DNA of 63,145 bases, filler included, from Octopus bimaculoides (GCF_001194135.2; 6 parts of 5 records of this genome joined end to end with filler, not necessarily neighbours in it), one strand, 5' to 3'. Shown: positions 51,499-63,145, numbered from the whole stretch's first letter. Notes: generated by a model from the letters alone, not told the origin. Numbers and translations: made by a program.

Positions 51499-53600
51499 CA
51501 GTAGAACCTAACAGTACGAATGCACCATTGTATCAGTAATTTGCTCTACGAGCCGAGGCTCGTGCACATTTTTGTCTTCAAGTATAACTGGAAATCCGCA
51601 GTACGAGCGAGTTTCATACAAGCGACCGCTAGTCGGCGCTGAGCTCGCACACGCTTTCCTAACAAGCGCAGCCTCCGCTCGCTCTGTTCACGTGTTTATC
51701 TCGTTGTGACAGCGTTCCTGTTGTGTTTTTTTCAGTGTTTTTTTTTTTAGTTTTGGACGTTTTCTTCTATTATTTTATAATAATTAGTTGTGTTAGCCAT
51801 GGGTTCTAAGAAGGTTAGTGCAAAGGACAGTACTGAGAGGAAGAAAAAGCTGATTACGACAGAATTGAAGAAAGAAATCATTGATAAACATGAGAGAGGA
51901 GTGCGTGTAGTGGACATAGCAAGTCAGTACGACCGAAACACGTCGACGATTTGCACCATCCTGAATAAAAAGGACGAGATCAAGGCTGTTACGACAGCAA
52001 AGAGTATCTCCAAGCTCTCTAAGTAACGCGCATCTGTCCACGAAGAGATGGAAAAATTGCTTCTCCTGTGGATCAACGAGAAGCCACTCGCAGGGGATAC
52101 GATTACGGAGACCGTCATCTGCGAGAAAGCGCGAGCGCTGTATGGAGCTCTCCTGAAGCAGCACCATGGAACATCGACAGAGGAGACATTAGCAAACGCT
52201 TTTAAGGCCAGTCGCAGATGGTTCAATAATTTCAAGCGGACTGGTGTTCATAACATTGTCAGGTATGGAGAAGCAACGAGTTCTGACTCGAAGGCAGCTG
52301 AGAATTTCGTGCACACAAAGAGGTATTCTACTGTGATGAAACTGGCCTTTTTTGGGGAAAAAAATGCCCAGAAGAACCTACATAACTGCAGATTAGAAGA
52401 TATTACCCGGTCACAAGCCTATGAAAGATAGGCTACCTCTTGCCCTTTGTGCCAATGCAAATGGAGACTTGAAGATGAAGCCGCTCCTTGTCTACCATTC
52501 CGAAAACCCACGAGCGTTCAAGTCGCACAAAACCCTGAAGGAGAAGCTGCAGGTTATGTGGAAGGTAAACGTTAAAGCCTGGGTCACCAGGCAATTCTTC
52601 ACCGAGTGGGTCAACCTTGTCTTCGGACCAGCAGTGAAAAAGTACCTTCTGGAGAACGATCTTCCTCTCAGGGCCCTCCTCATCCTCGACAGTGCTCCTG
52701 CTCACTCTCCGAACTTCGAAGATAATATCCGGGACGAATTTGAATTCATAAAAGTTCTATACCTTTCGCGCAGCACCACTCCTATCTTGCAGCCCATGAA
52801 CGAACAGGNNNNNNNNNNNNNNNNNNNNNNNNNNNNNNNNNNNNNNNNNNNNNNNNNNNNNNNNNNNNNNNNNNNNNNNNNNNNNNNNNNNNNNNNNNNN
52901 NNNNNNNNNNNNNNNNNNNNNNNNNNNNNNNNNNNNNNACACCAAATATCTGTATCCGAAAATGCAATTCTTACTCTTCGTGAGTTTTGGAAGGAGCACT
53001 ACAACATTGTTAACTGCCTGAAAATCATCAACATGGCCCGGCAGAGTGTAACGAGGAGAACGCTGAATTCTGCATGGAGGAAACTGTGGCCTGACTGCGT
53101 ATCCGAAAGAAACTTCGAGGGGTTTGAGTCTGAGATACCTGTAGTCGAGGAGATAGTGTCTCTTGGCAAGTCCATGGGCCTCGAGGTTGACGATGGGGAC
53201 ATAAACGATTTCGTCGAGGAATACTCAGAGGAGCTGATGACAGATGAACTCCTGCAGCTTCAGGAGCAGCAGCATTCGGATGCGGTGGAAGAGATTGGTT
53301 CCCCGGAAGAGGACAGTTTAGTGGAGAAGGCTATCTCTACGAGTGACATAAAGGCAGTGTTGGTAGAGTGGCAATATGTTTCTGAATTTGTAGAAAAATA
53401 TCAACCTAAGAAAGTATCTACGTACAGATCGTGCAGCTGCTTTATTTGATGATACTGCTCTGGCGCATTTTCGTAACATTTTGAAAGGCAAGAGAAAGGA
53501 GGCTTCTCTTGATATGTCTCATGAAACGACCTGCAAGCGTGAAAAGTGAAGAAAGTGTGTCCAAAAAGCCTAAATTAAGCGAAGTGAGAGAGAAAACGCC
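51499..53600 (+). mobile_element. Tigger/pogo-family DNA transposon, 3' TIR not seen
   Basis: TA|CAGTAGAACCT 5' terminus followed by the transposase pseudogene. Confidence 0.85.
51799..53560 (+). pseudogene. Tigger1/TIGD1-like transposase pseudogene (HTH-psq, CENP-B HTH, DDE_1)
   Basis: MGSKKVSAK...ITTELKKEIIDKHERG; MEKLLLLWINEK; FKASRRWF; CDETGLFW; PMKDRL..LCANANGD.K.KPLLVYHSENPRAFK; LLILDSAPAH; QPMNEQ. Premature TAA at 52024, a deletion/frameshift near 52315, and an internal gap. Confidence 0.92.
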
Positions 53601-53849
53601 AGAAATTGTTCTTCATGAAGTCTGCATGAATTAGAATTCTATTATGTATTTTAACATCTCTTCTCCATTTTTATCAAAATTGTTGAGTTTTATGGGATTT
53701 TTTTCTACAAATTCACAACACACCATATACACGTATTATTTTCATATTCGTAATTTTACGCTAGTAAGGTACCAGCAAAATATAAAGAATCTATCTTAGA
53801 AATCTTTTTTTTGGAAACCTCCAAATTAAAGGACGAATCTAATTCAACC

Positions 53850-53892
<43 letters not shown>

Positions 53893-53908
53893 ATATATAT
53901 GCATATGT

Positions 53909-53948
<40 letters not shown>

Positions 53949-54050
53949 TTAAGCTAGTCGTGTACATACGTGCATATATATGTGTGTATACGTCCGTATA
54001 TGTAAATATACTGTTTATATACATATATTTGTATTCATGTACTTGAGTAT

Positions 54051-54109
54051 ATTCCACCGATGAAGGCAAAGCATTATTTATGCAAAGCCAGAAATCCAGG
54101 ATCTGGAAT
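54051..54109 (+). ncRNA. Minimal type I hammerhead ribozyme-like motif
   Basis: ATTCCA CCGATGA A GGC-aaagcattatttatgcaaa-GCC A GAAA TCCAGGA TC TGGAAT. It has a 6-bp stem I, a paired stem II, a near-palindromic stem III and an AUC triplet. Confidence 0.7.
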
Positions 54110-54231
54110 TATCTTGTTATTTTTACTGGTTNNNNNNNNNNNNNNNNNNNNNNNNNNNNNNNNNNNNNNNNNNNNTTAATTAATTAANNNNNNNNNNNNN
54201 NNNNNNNNNNNNNNNNNNNNNNNNNNNNNNN

Positions 54232-54282
<51 letters not shown>

Positions 54283-54333
54283 GTATATATATATATATGT
54301 ATATATTATATATATATGTATATCTTATATAGT

Positions 54334-54533
54334 CTGAAATATCTAAAGTATAGGCTAGAATCTAAAATATAGGCACGAATATCTAATGTATGGGCTGAAA
54401 TATCGAAGCTGTAAGCTAAAATATCTAAAGTATAGGTTGAAATATCTAAAATATAGGCACAAATACCGAAAGTATATGCCGAAATATCGAAACTATAGGC
54501 TCCAATAACTATATTACAGGATAAAATATCTAA
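54334..54533 (+). repeat. 21-bp minisatellite (~9.5 copies, consensus GAAATATCTAAAGTATAGGCT)
   Basis: Degenerate tandem units are directly visible. Confidence 0.85.
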
Positions 54534-54537
54534 CCGA

Positions 54538-54905
54538 TTCCTGGAAAGTTCCGGGGAAGGGGAGCAGGGTGATTAATTACTTCCTGGAAAGTTCCGAAGA
54601 GGAGGTGGATTAAATACTTCCTGGAAAGTTCCGAGGAAGGATAGGAGGCGGGGTTATTATTTCCTGGAAAGTTCCAATGAAGCGGGGGAAGGTGGAGGGG
54701 TATTACTTACTTTCTGGAAAGTTCCGAGGAAGGGGAGGAAGGGTACGAGGTAGATTATTACTTACTGGAATTCAGAGGAAGGGGTTGAATTACTTCCTGG
54801 AAAGTCCGGAGGAAGAGGAGGAGAGGGATTAATTACTTCCTGGATTGTTCCGAGGAAGGGGAGGGTGGTGTTAAATTACTTCCTCCCCTTCCTCGAACTT
54901 TCCAG
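54538..54905 (+). repeat. Eight-unit array: constant TTACTTCCTGGAAAGTTCC block plus variable purine-rich spacers, closed by an inverted partial unit
   Basis: Units start at about 54538, 54581, 54618, 54661, 54711, 54772, 54794 and 54837. 54879-54905 is the reverse complement of unit 5. Confidence 0.88.
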
Positions 54906-54907
54906 AT

Positions 54908-55290
54908 TGCGTAGCGGTATTTCGTCCACCGTTACGTTCTGAGTTCAAATTCCTCCGAGGTCGACTTTGCCTTTCATTCTTTCGGGGTCGATAAATTAAG
55001 TACCAGTTACGCACTGGAGTCGATGTAATCCTCTCCCCCAAAATTTTAGGCCTTGTGCTTTTAGTAGAAAGGATTATTCTTTACTATTGAAGGCGGTGAG
55101 CTGGTAAAATCATTAGCATGCTGGACGGAATGCATAGCGGTATTTCGCCCATCGCTACGTTTTGAGTTCAAATCCCAACGAGGTCGACTTTGCCTTTCAT
55201 CCTTTCGAAGTTGATAAATTGAATACCAGTTGAACTCTGGGGTCAATGTAATCGCCTTGGTCCCTTCCTCCAAGCTGCCCTTGTGGCAAA
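54908..55290 (+). mobile_element. Two tandem SINE family B copies
   Basis: GCGGTATTTCG...GAGTTCAAAT...GTCGACTTTGCCTTTCAT appears twice. Confidence 0.85.
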
Positions 55291-55739
55291 AATTTGAAAT
55301 CATTATTCCATCTATTTCGTTTCTCTTGCCAGACTTTCTCATACATTTAGAGAATGTTTATAACTAACTGGGTACACCACGGGTCACCAAACTTCTTAAC
55401 ACCATTGACCTCTTTCATAGAATCGTTGAAAACTTATCGATCCCCTTCTTGTAAATTTGGAAAAAATAAAATTAAAGAAAGAGTAATTAATAAGAAAATT
55501 CTTTGATTTAAAAATAGTAATTCCTTCGTTCTTTTGAGTCATTACCGCTTTTTAAGAAAGAATTTAATGAAAATATTTCACGAAATTGATAAAGAACTAT
55601 AAACAGTCATAGTATAATGATAGAGTCGGAATATCTTACGTGAAATACGTGTTTGACGAATACCACACATATTGCATTGATGTTTGACTGGAAATTAATA
55701 GGCTTTAGCTTAAAATTACAGCACTAATCCGAATTCAGC

Positions 55740-56160
55740 TTGCCAATAATTCAGTACCCTTAGTGTTCAAAACCGTTTCCGGTGTTTATCGACCCTTTGG
55801 AATGATAACCTCATAGGCACCCCAGGGTTCAATACCGGCCACTTTACTGACACCCCGTGTCATACATTTACTCCTTATCTGTTTCTCTAGATGCCATACA
55901 CCTCCAAACTTTAAGTATACATTCTACTTCGCTACATCTTCAATCTTTTTAAACAAATGTCTTTTCAATTACACCAGCATCTGTATGACTTAGGATTTCT
56001 TCAAATACAAAAATTGGATTTATTAGCTTACAGGATGATATCATCCATTTAACTTATTCTTTGTATTCACTTCTTCATTTAAATTCTGCATAAATGTCGG
56101 GACTGCAATCTCTATACATCTCACTTTACTAATTCACTTCGTGTTATCTACACTTACTAG
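55740..56160 (-). pseudogene. FN3-like remnant
   Basis: One frame reads VRCIEIAVPTFMQNLNEEVNTKNKLNG*YHPVS and later KCMTRGVSKVAGIEPWGAYEVIIPKG. Confidence 0.5.
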
Positions 56161-56327
56161 CCTACTTTTGTTACACAGATATTAGCCACTCTATATACGT
56201 ACCAGAGTTTATTTGATTTGATTTGATTAAAATTTCACTGGTTTTTAGATTATCTTAACATGATTTACATTCTTATCCTGTTTTGTCGACAAAACTAAGA
56301 ATTTAAGAAGTCGTAACTATTGTGTGT

Positions 56328-56368
<41 letters not shown>

Positions 56369-56774
56369 TGTGTGCGTGCGTGCATGTTTTTCTATCTGTN
56401 NNNNNNNNNNNNNNNNNNNNNNNNNNNNNNNNNNNNNNNNNNNNNNNNNNNNNNNNNNNNNNNNNNNNNNNNNNNNNNNNNNNNNNNNNNNNNNNNNNNN
56501 NNNNNNNNNNNNNNNNNNNNNNNNNNNNNNNNNNNNNNNNNNNNNNNNNNNNNNNNNNNNNNNNNNNNNNNNNNNNNNNNNNNNNNNNNNNNNNNNNNNN
56601 NNNNNNNNNNNNNNNNNNNNNNNNNNNNNNNNNNNNNNNNNNNNNNNNNNNNNNNNNNNNNNNNNNNNNNNNNNNNNNNNNNNNNNNNNNNNNNNNNNNN
56701 NNNNNNNNNNNNNNNNNNNNNNNNNNNNNNNNNNNNNNNNNNNNNNNNNNNNNNNNNNNNTTTTTTGGGGGGGG

Positions 56775-57148
56775 GAACCAGTCGATTAGATCGACCTCAG
56801 AACGAAACTGGTATTTAATTTATCGACCCCGAAAGGATGAAAGGCAAAGTTGACCTCGGTGGAATTTGAACTCAGAACGTAGCAGCAGACGAAATACCGC
56901 TTAGCATTTCGCCCAGCATGCTAACGTTTGTTATTTCTTTACTGCCCACAAGGGGCTACACACAGAGGGGACAAACAAGGACAGACAACTGGATTAAGTC
57001 GATTATATCGACCCTAGTGCGTAACTGGTACTTATTTAATCGACCCCGATTAAAAGTCGACCTCGGCGGAATTTGAACTCAGAACGTAAAGACAGACGAA
57101 ATATCGCTAAGCATTTCGCCCGGCGTGCTAACGGTTCTGCCAGCTCAT
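56775..57148 (-). mobile_element. Dimeric SINE family B
   Basis: Two monomers joined by the GTCCTTGTTTGTCCCCTCTGTGTGTAGCCCC linker. Same layout as 2265-2830. Confidence 0.85.
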
Positions 57149-57197
57149 CGCCTTTCATACATACATATACACACACACACATACATACATACATACA

Positions 57198-57228
<31 letters not shown>

Positions 57229-57254
57229 CATTACACATATACTTCTGTTTCCGA

Positions 57255-57366
57255 ACTACATGGATTCGGTTTCAATCTCATTGCGTGGTACTGTGGGCAA
57301 GTGTCTTCTACCAAAGCCTCGGGCGAGCGGATTTGGTAGACGGAAACTGAAAGAAGCCCGTCGTAT
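57255..57366 (+). mobile_element. SINE family A, 3' part
   Basis: GGGCAAGTGTCTTCTAC...GGATTTGGTAGACGGAAACTGAAAGAAGCCCGTCG. Confidence 0.8.
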
Positions 57367-57449
57367 ATTCATGCGTGTGTGCATGTATGTATGTGTGTCT
57401 ATGCGCGCGTGTGTGTGTGCCTGTGTGTCTTTCTGTTAGTGTTTGTCCC

Positions 57450-57720
57450 AATACTACCACCACCACCTCCACTACAACTACTACTACAACAACCAACTCC
57501 ACTACAATTACTACTGCTGCTACTACAACCATTACAATTACCACTGCTACTACTACCACCACTACCACTACTACCAGAACTACCACCACCACTACCACCA
57601 CAACTACTACAACTACAACCAGCATCGCAACCACCACAACGACTACTACCACTACTACCACCACAACGACGACGACTACTACTACTACCACCACAATGAC
57701 TACTGCTACTACTACACTAC
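57450..57720. repeat. Compound (ACT/ACC/ACA/ACG)n trinucleotide tract
   Basis: Directly visible. Confidence 0.9.
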
Positions 57721-57923
57721 TTCAGTTGCAGTAAATATGAAAATGGTGTTTAATTAGGGAGGAAGTGAATGAAGGTGAAGCAAGGTCAGTGTGCGACTAC
57801 AGAACCTTTAATTAACTTTTAATTACAGTAATTAACGAGTAGATATCTATGTATGATAACGAACTCTTGTTTTTCTATTTCTCTTTCACACATTAACGGG
57901 TTTGGCAAAAAAAAATTTAAACA

Positions 57924-57985
<62 letters not shown>

Positions 57986-58207
57986 CTGTCTGTCTATTAG
58001 TTTGCTGGCCTATCTGTCTTTGTGTATGTGCACGCGTGTGTGTGTATGAATGTGTATATGTATGTATGTATGTATGTAAGTTCAAAAACACACAAAAAAC
58101 AATAACAAAAAAAAACAACAAAGTGAGGACGTGATACGGATAGTGTTATTGGACGCTCGGGAAAGGAAAGAGAGAGAGAGTATTATGTATGTATGTATGT
58201 ATGTATC

Positions 58208-58238
<31 letters not shown>

Positions 58239-58255
58239 CTATCTCTATCTATCTA

Positions 58256-58297
<42 letters not shown>

Positions 58298-59267
58298 CTC
58301 TCCTAATTTTAAATGTTTGAAGCCTTCTTGTAAGAGAGGAGCAGGTGTCTAACAAAGATACAACGTTCCACCATTGAAATGTGGGTAACAAAAGCAGATT
58401 CACATTTTAAACTTGAAGAAAGTTTCGCATATTTTTATCGTTCCGTTTACAAACTATATTTATTACGTGCAAGTGAGCCGGTTGATTTCTAATTGTGAAA
58501 ACTCTGGTTCATCCTGATTATCACATAAGCATTTACTTACAAAACCAACCGCATCAATTATTATAACTATAAATGTGAATCCAAAGTTTGAGTTGGAAAC
58601 CTGGCGTTTTGAATCAGTTTTGTCGATAGTTATCCTTTTTTTCTTTGGGTTTTCGAAGCGATATTCACATCAGCAGGGCAACTGACCTCTATGACAATAC
58701 CAACAACATGTACGTATGTATGTGTGTGTGTGTGTGTGTGTATGTGCATTCGTGCGCTTATATATGTGTGTGTATAGGTATATGTATATATGTCTTTTTG
58801 TGTTTGTTTGTCTGACCTACTTCTTGACAGCAGGTGTTGGTTTGGTCATGTCCCCGTAGCTTAGCGATTCGGTAAAAGAACCAGACTTAGATAAAATAAT
58901 TACCGATGCTCTTTTCTTCAAACTAAACCACTTGCGGTAGTGCTCCAGCATGGCTGCAGTCCAATGACTGAAACACGCTGAAGATAAAAGATATATAAAT
59001 ACACACACACACACACACTATAAATATGTGTGTGTGTGTTTGTGTTTACATGTATACATACAAACATACCATCATGCATAGAAACATGAACAAGCCCACC
59101 ACGGCCCCCACCCTCCTCCCATTCTCAACCCCTACCGCCACCCCATCACCACCCGACTAGTTCAAAGACCACCCAGTTAGGGTTGGATGTGTTTTAGTCA
59201 TTTTACAGCCTTAGCTAACAATACCAAACATAGCACAAGTTACCCCGACTGCACGCAATACGGCTAT

Positions 59268-59552
59268 GGTGGTGGTGGTGGTGGTGGTGGTGGTTGTGGT
59301 GGCAGCAGTGTTGATGCTGGTGATGGTAGTGGTGTTAGCAGTTTTGGTAGTGGTGGTAGTGGTGGCAGCTGTGTTGGCTGTTGTGGTGCCGTTGGTGGTG
59401 GTGGTGGTGGTCGTCGTCGTCGTCGTCGCCGTTGTCGTCGTGGTTTTGGCAGCAGTGTTGGTTGTCGCAGTGCAGTCGGTGGTAGTGGTGGTGGTTTTGT
59501 TGGTGGAAGTGAAGGAAGGAGGAAAAAAAGAAGAGGAGGAGGAGGAGGTGGT
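59268..59552. repeat. Compound (GGT/GTC/GGA)n trinucleotide tract
   Basis: Directly visible. Confidence 0.85.
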
Positions 59553-59652
59553 NNNNNNNNNNNNNNNNNNNNNNNNNNNNNNNNNNNNNNNNNNNNTTAA
59601 TTAATTAANNNNNNNNNNNNNNNNNNNNNNNNNNNNNNNNNNNNNNNNNNNN

Positions 59653-59693
<41 letters not shown>

Positions 59694-60233
59694 TGTGTGT
59701 GTGTGTATATATACCCATATGTACATCTGTACCCAGACCCACACCCAATGCTTTCAACACGCATTAAAAACAAACATTAGCCCATTCACATGGTGATACA
59801 GCAAGTGGCTTCTTTTTGAAGAATTGTTCTGCGAGATTGAAGAATTGGAAAGTGAAAGTGAAACTAAGATACACATGCGTTTGTATCTTGTGTGTATGTG
59901 TTTGTCTTTTTGCATGTGTGTACGTGTATGTAAGGGCATGTAGATATAGATATATGTAAATGTGGGTGCGGTGGGGTGGTGTTTGTGTGTGGAAAGGAGG
60001 GAAAATGGATGTTGGAATATTTGTCGATGCTTTATCACAGAGGCGGTTAATGATAGGAACTTATCTACGGCCAGGACATTGCAAGACCAGAAGTGGACAT
60101 GTGGATATGAGCATGTGTGTGTTTATGTTTGTGTGTATGTATATGTGTGTGTAATTGTGTGTGACAGCGGTAGTGTATGTATGAATATGTTTGTGCTTAT
60201 GAGTACACATATGTGTTTATTCACATACATGTA

Positions 60234-60266
<33 letters not shown>

Positions 60267-60911
60267 AAATGGATATATACTGATATATATCTATAACAAT
60301 ATATTTAAAAAGACACATACATAAATATATATAAGTATANNNNNNNNNNNNNNNNNNNNNNNNNNNNNNNNNNNNNNNNNNNNNNNNNNNNNNNNNNNNN
60401 NNNNNNNNNNNNNNNNNNNNNNNNNNNNNNNNNNNNNNNNNNNNNNNNNNNNNNNNNNNNNNNNNNNNNNNNNNNNNNNNNNNNNNNNNNNNNNNNNNNN
60501 NNNNNNNNNNNNNNNNNNNNNNNNNNNNNNNNNNNNNNNNNNNNNNNNNNNNNNNNNNNNNNNNNNNNNNNNNNNNNNNNNNNNNNNNNNNNNNNNNNNN
60601 NNNNNNNNNNNNNNNNNNNNNNNNNNNNNNNNNNNNNNNNNNNNNNNNNNNNNNNNNNNNNNNNNNNNNNNNNNNNNNNNNNNNNNNNNNNNNNNNNNNN
60701 NNNNNNNNNNNNNNNNNNNNNNNNNNNNNNNNNNNNNNNNNNNNNNNNNNNNNNNNNNNNNNNNNNNNNNNNNNNNNNNNNNNNNNNNNNNNNNNNNNNN
60801 NNNGAGACAGACTTTGCATCTTTGTCCAAATGGGATTTCTTCTCTACCTATGTTCAGAAATATTACAAACTAGAGCGTGTGAATGTGTATATGCTTGTAT
60901 TTCTGTGTGTG

Positions 60912-60952
<41 letters not shown>

Positions 60953-61251
60953 AGGTATGTGTATTGAGGCATTTAACCATACCTGTGTTTATGTACTGTT
61001 TGTCTTGGTCTATCTGTGTGTGCGCATATATCAATATATGATGCTTTCAAAGCCGGGAATACTGCGGTAGATACTCTGGCACCTCAAGTTTCTTATATAA
61101 AACTTTTGAAACTCTTTCCAAATCAAATTGTATATGTGTGTATATATGTATAGATAAATATACAGATACACACACACCTACACAAACATACTTATGTATA
61201 CGCAAACACCCAACCACCCACCTCTATATACTGGTGTGTGTGTATGTGTGA

Positions 61252-61595
61252 TGGCACTTTGCCCAGTGGTTAGAGCATCAGGCTCACAATCATGAGGTAA
61301 TGAGTTCAATTCCTGGACTGGGATGTATGTTGTGTTCTTGAGCAAGACTCATTATTTCACATTGCTCCTGTTCACTCAGCTGTAGAAATGAGTGCTGACG
61401 TCATTGGTGCCAAGTTGTGTCGGCCCCTTTGCCTTTCCCTTGGATAATCACATCAGCGGTGTGGAGCACAGAGGGTGGTATTCATGGGTGACTGCTGGTC
61501 TTCCATAAACAACCTTGCCTGAAATTGTGCCTCAGGGGAGAAATTTCTAGGTACAATCCAATGGTCATTCATGACCAAAAGGGGTCTTTACCCTT
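61252..61595 (+). mobile_element. tRNA-headed SINE 'family E' (~340 bp)
   Basis: A box TTGCCCAGTGG, B box GAGTTCAATTCC, then GTTGTGTTCTTGAGCAAGAC. Confidence 0.8.
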
Positions 61596-62402
61596 ATGTA
61601 TATATGGCATTTATATATATACATAATGTATTTAAGATCACAATACATGTATTAAAGCGCTACTAATAGTTTCATATGTTGAGAGAACTCAAACATATTC
61701 TTCAGGCACAAACCACATATCATGTATTGTGGCCTTAAATAAATAATATTTATCTTGCACCAGTTGGAGTACATGGCCGCTGACTGAAACAAATAAAAGA
61801 ACAAAAGAANNNNNNNNNNNNNNNNNNNNNNNNNNNNNNNNNNNNNNNNNNNNNNNNNNNNNNNNNNNNNNNNNNNNNNNNNNNNNNNNNNNNNNNNNNN
61901 NNNNNNNNNNNNNNNNNNNNNNNNNNNNNNNNNNNNNNNNNNNNNNNNNNNNNNNNNNNNNNNNNNNNNNNNNNNNNNNNNNNNNNNNNNNNNNNNNNNN
62001 NNNNNNNNNNNNNNNNNNNNNNNNNNNNNNNNNNNNNNNNNNNNNNNNNNNNNNNNNNNNNNNNNNNNNNNNNNNNNNNNNNNNNNNNNNNNNNNNNNNN
62101 NNNNNNNNNNNNNNNNNNNNNNNNNNNNNNNNNNNNNNNNNNNNNNNNNNNNNNNNNNNNNNNNNNNNNNNNNNNNNNNNNNNNNNNNNNNNNNNNNNNN
62201 NNNNNNNNNNNNNNNNNNNNNNNNNNNNNNNNNNNNNNNNNNNNNNNNNNNNNNNNNNNNNNNNNNNNNNNNNNNNNNNNNNNNNNNNNNNNNNNNNNNN
62301 NNNNNNNNNNNNNNNNNNNNNNNNNNNNNNNNNNNNNNNNNNNNNNNNNNNNNNNNNNNNNNNNNNNNNNNNNNNNNNNNNNNNNNNNNNNNNNNNNNNN
62401 NN

Positions 62403-62441
<39 letters not shown>

Positions 62442-62537
62442 ATATATATATATATACAAACATATATATACATCTATATACATGAGCATATATGCATACA
62501 AAAACACATACATATACATCTATCTATCTATATACAT

Positions 62538-62642
<105 letters not shown>

Positions 62643-62829
62643 AATCTTTGCTTGCTACCAAACACAGGACATCTATTAAATCCTACGTCTCACCCAACCA
62701 AGTGACCACCAGGCCACTACAACCATCACCATCACCACACAAACTACCCCACCATTACACCCACGACCATCACATCACCATCGCCCCCACCCTATCGGTC
62801 AGCTAAAGCATATTTCCATATCTTCCACT

Positions 62830-63145
62830 GGATGGTTTCCTAGGAAAGCTGAAGTACATGCTTGGAAGTTTTTACTGGAGCGGTCAAGCGCGGCCAATGT
62901 AGGAAATACTACCTACATATGTAAAAGACCCGATGTGTGTGTGTGTGTGTGTGTGTGTGTCTGTGTGTGTGTGTGTGTATGAGTGGAGCATCGGAGGCGT
63001 GGGAGGGGGCTAGCACTGGTCAAGCTTCTTTCTTTCAACGGATGACCAACAATACATCAGGACTGCGAAGAAATGGTCTGCATATCAGAATGGACACGAC
63101 TGGATTGGACTGGACTGGACTGGGTACTGGCTATCCGTGGTGAGG
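62830..63145 (+). mobile_element. Probable Tx1/L1-like LINE ORF2 fragment interrupted by (TG)n
   Basis: DGFLGKLKYMLGSFYWSGQARPM*EILPTYVKDP resembles the post-RT FLWxG motif. The continuation is GC-rich. Confidence 0.45.

Noticed and set aside
54538-54905. CRISPR array
   Set aside because: The context is eukaryotic, there are no cas genes or leader, and the spacers resemble one another and vary widely in length. Kept as a repeat array instead.
57308-57757. Poly-Thr mucin-like, His/Tyr-rich and poly-Val ORFs
   Set aside because: All frames are open because of trinucleotide repeats, and there is no non-repetitive coding flank.
59187-59604. Gly/Arg-rich ORF
   Set aside because: Produced by a (GGT)n/(GTC)n tract running into a gap; no signal peptide or splice support.

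Overview
AT-rich, gap-ridden animal genomic DNA, most likely octopus. This is inferred from the very high microsatellite density and SINE families resembling the octopus tRNA-derived SINEs; I could not verify it. About a fifth of the window is N gaps, and five gaps carry an artificial TTAATTAATTAA linker. No intact protein-coding gene can be supported, and nearly all long ORFs in the track are microsatellite or N-gap artefacts. Recognisable content is mostly dead mobile DNA: several SINE families, three mariner derivatives, a Tigger/pogo transposase pseudogene, TTAA-flanked MITEs, a Penelope-like element with a GIY-YIG domain, Tx1/L1-like and R4/Dong-like LINE ends, and a tRNA-Asp pseudogene. 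Four things deserve a second look. (1) Six minimal hammerhead-ribozyme-like motifs from four sequence families; the one at 54051-54109 is nearly canonical. (2) An 8-unit array at 54538-54905 with a constant block carrying STAT-, kB- and ETS-like motifs and variable G/A-rich spacers. (3) The unique DNA repeatedly translates into stop- and frameshift-riddled fibronectin type III (FN3)-like peptides on both strands, suggesting a decayed multi-FN3 gene cluster. (4) A 283-bp local inverted copy inserted into a SINE. All protein and RNA-structure calls were made by eye and need HMM or covariance-model confirmation.
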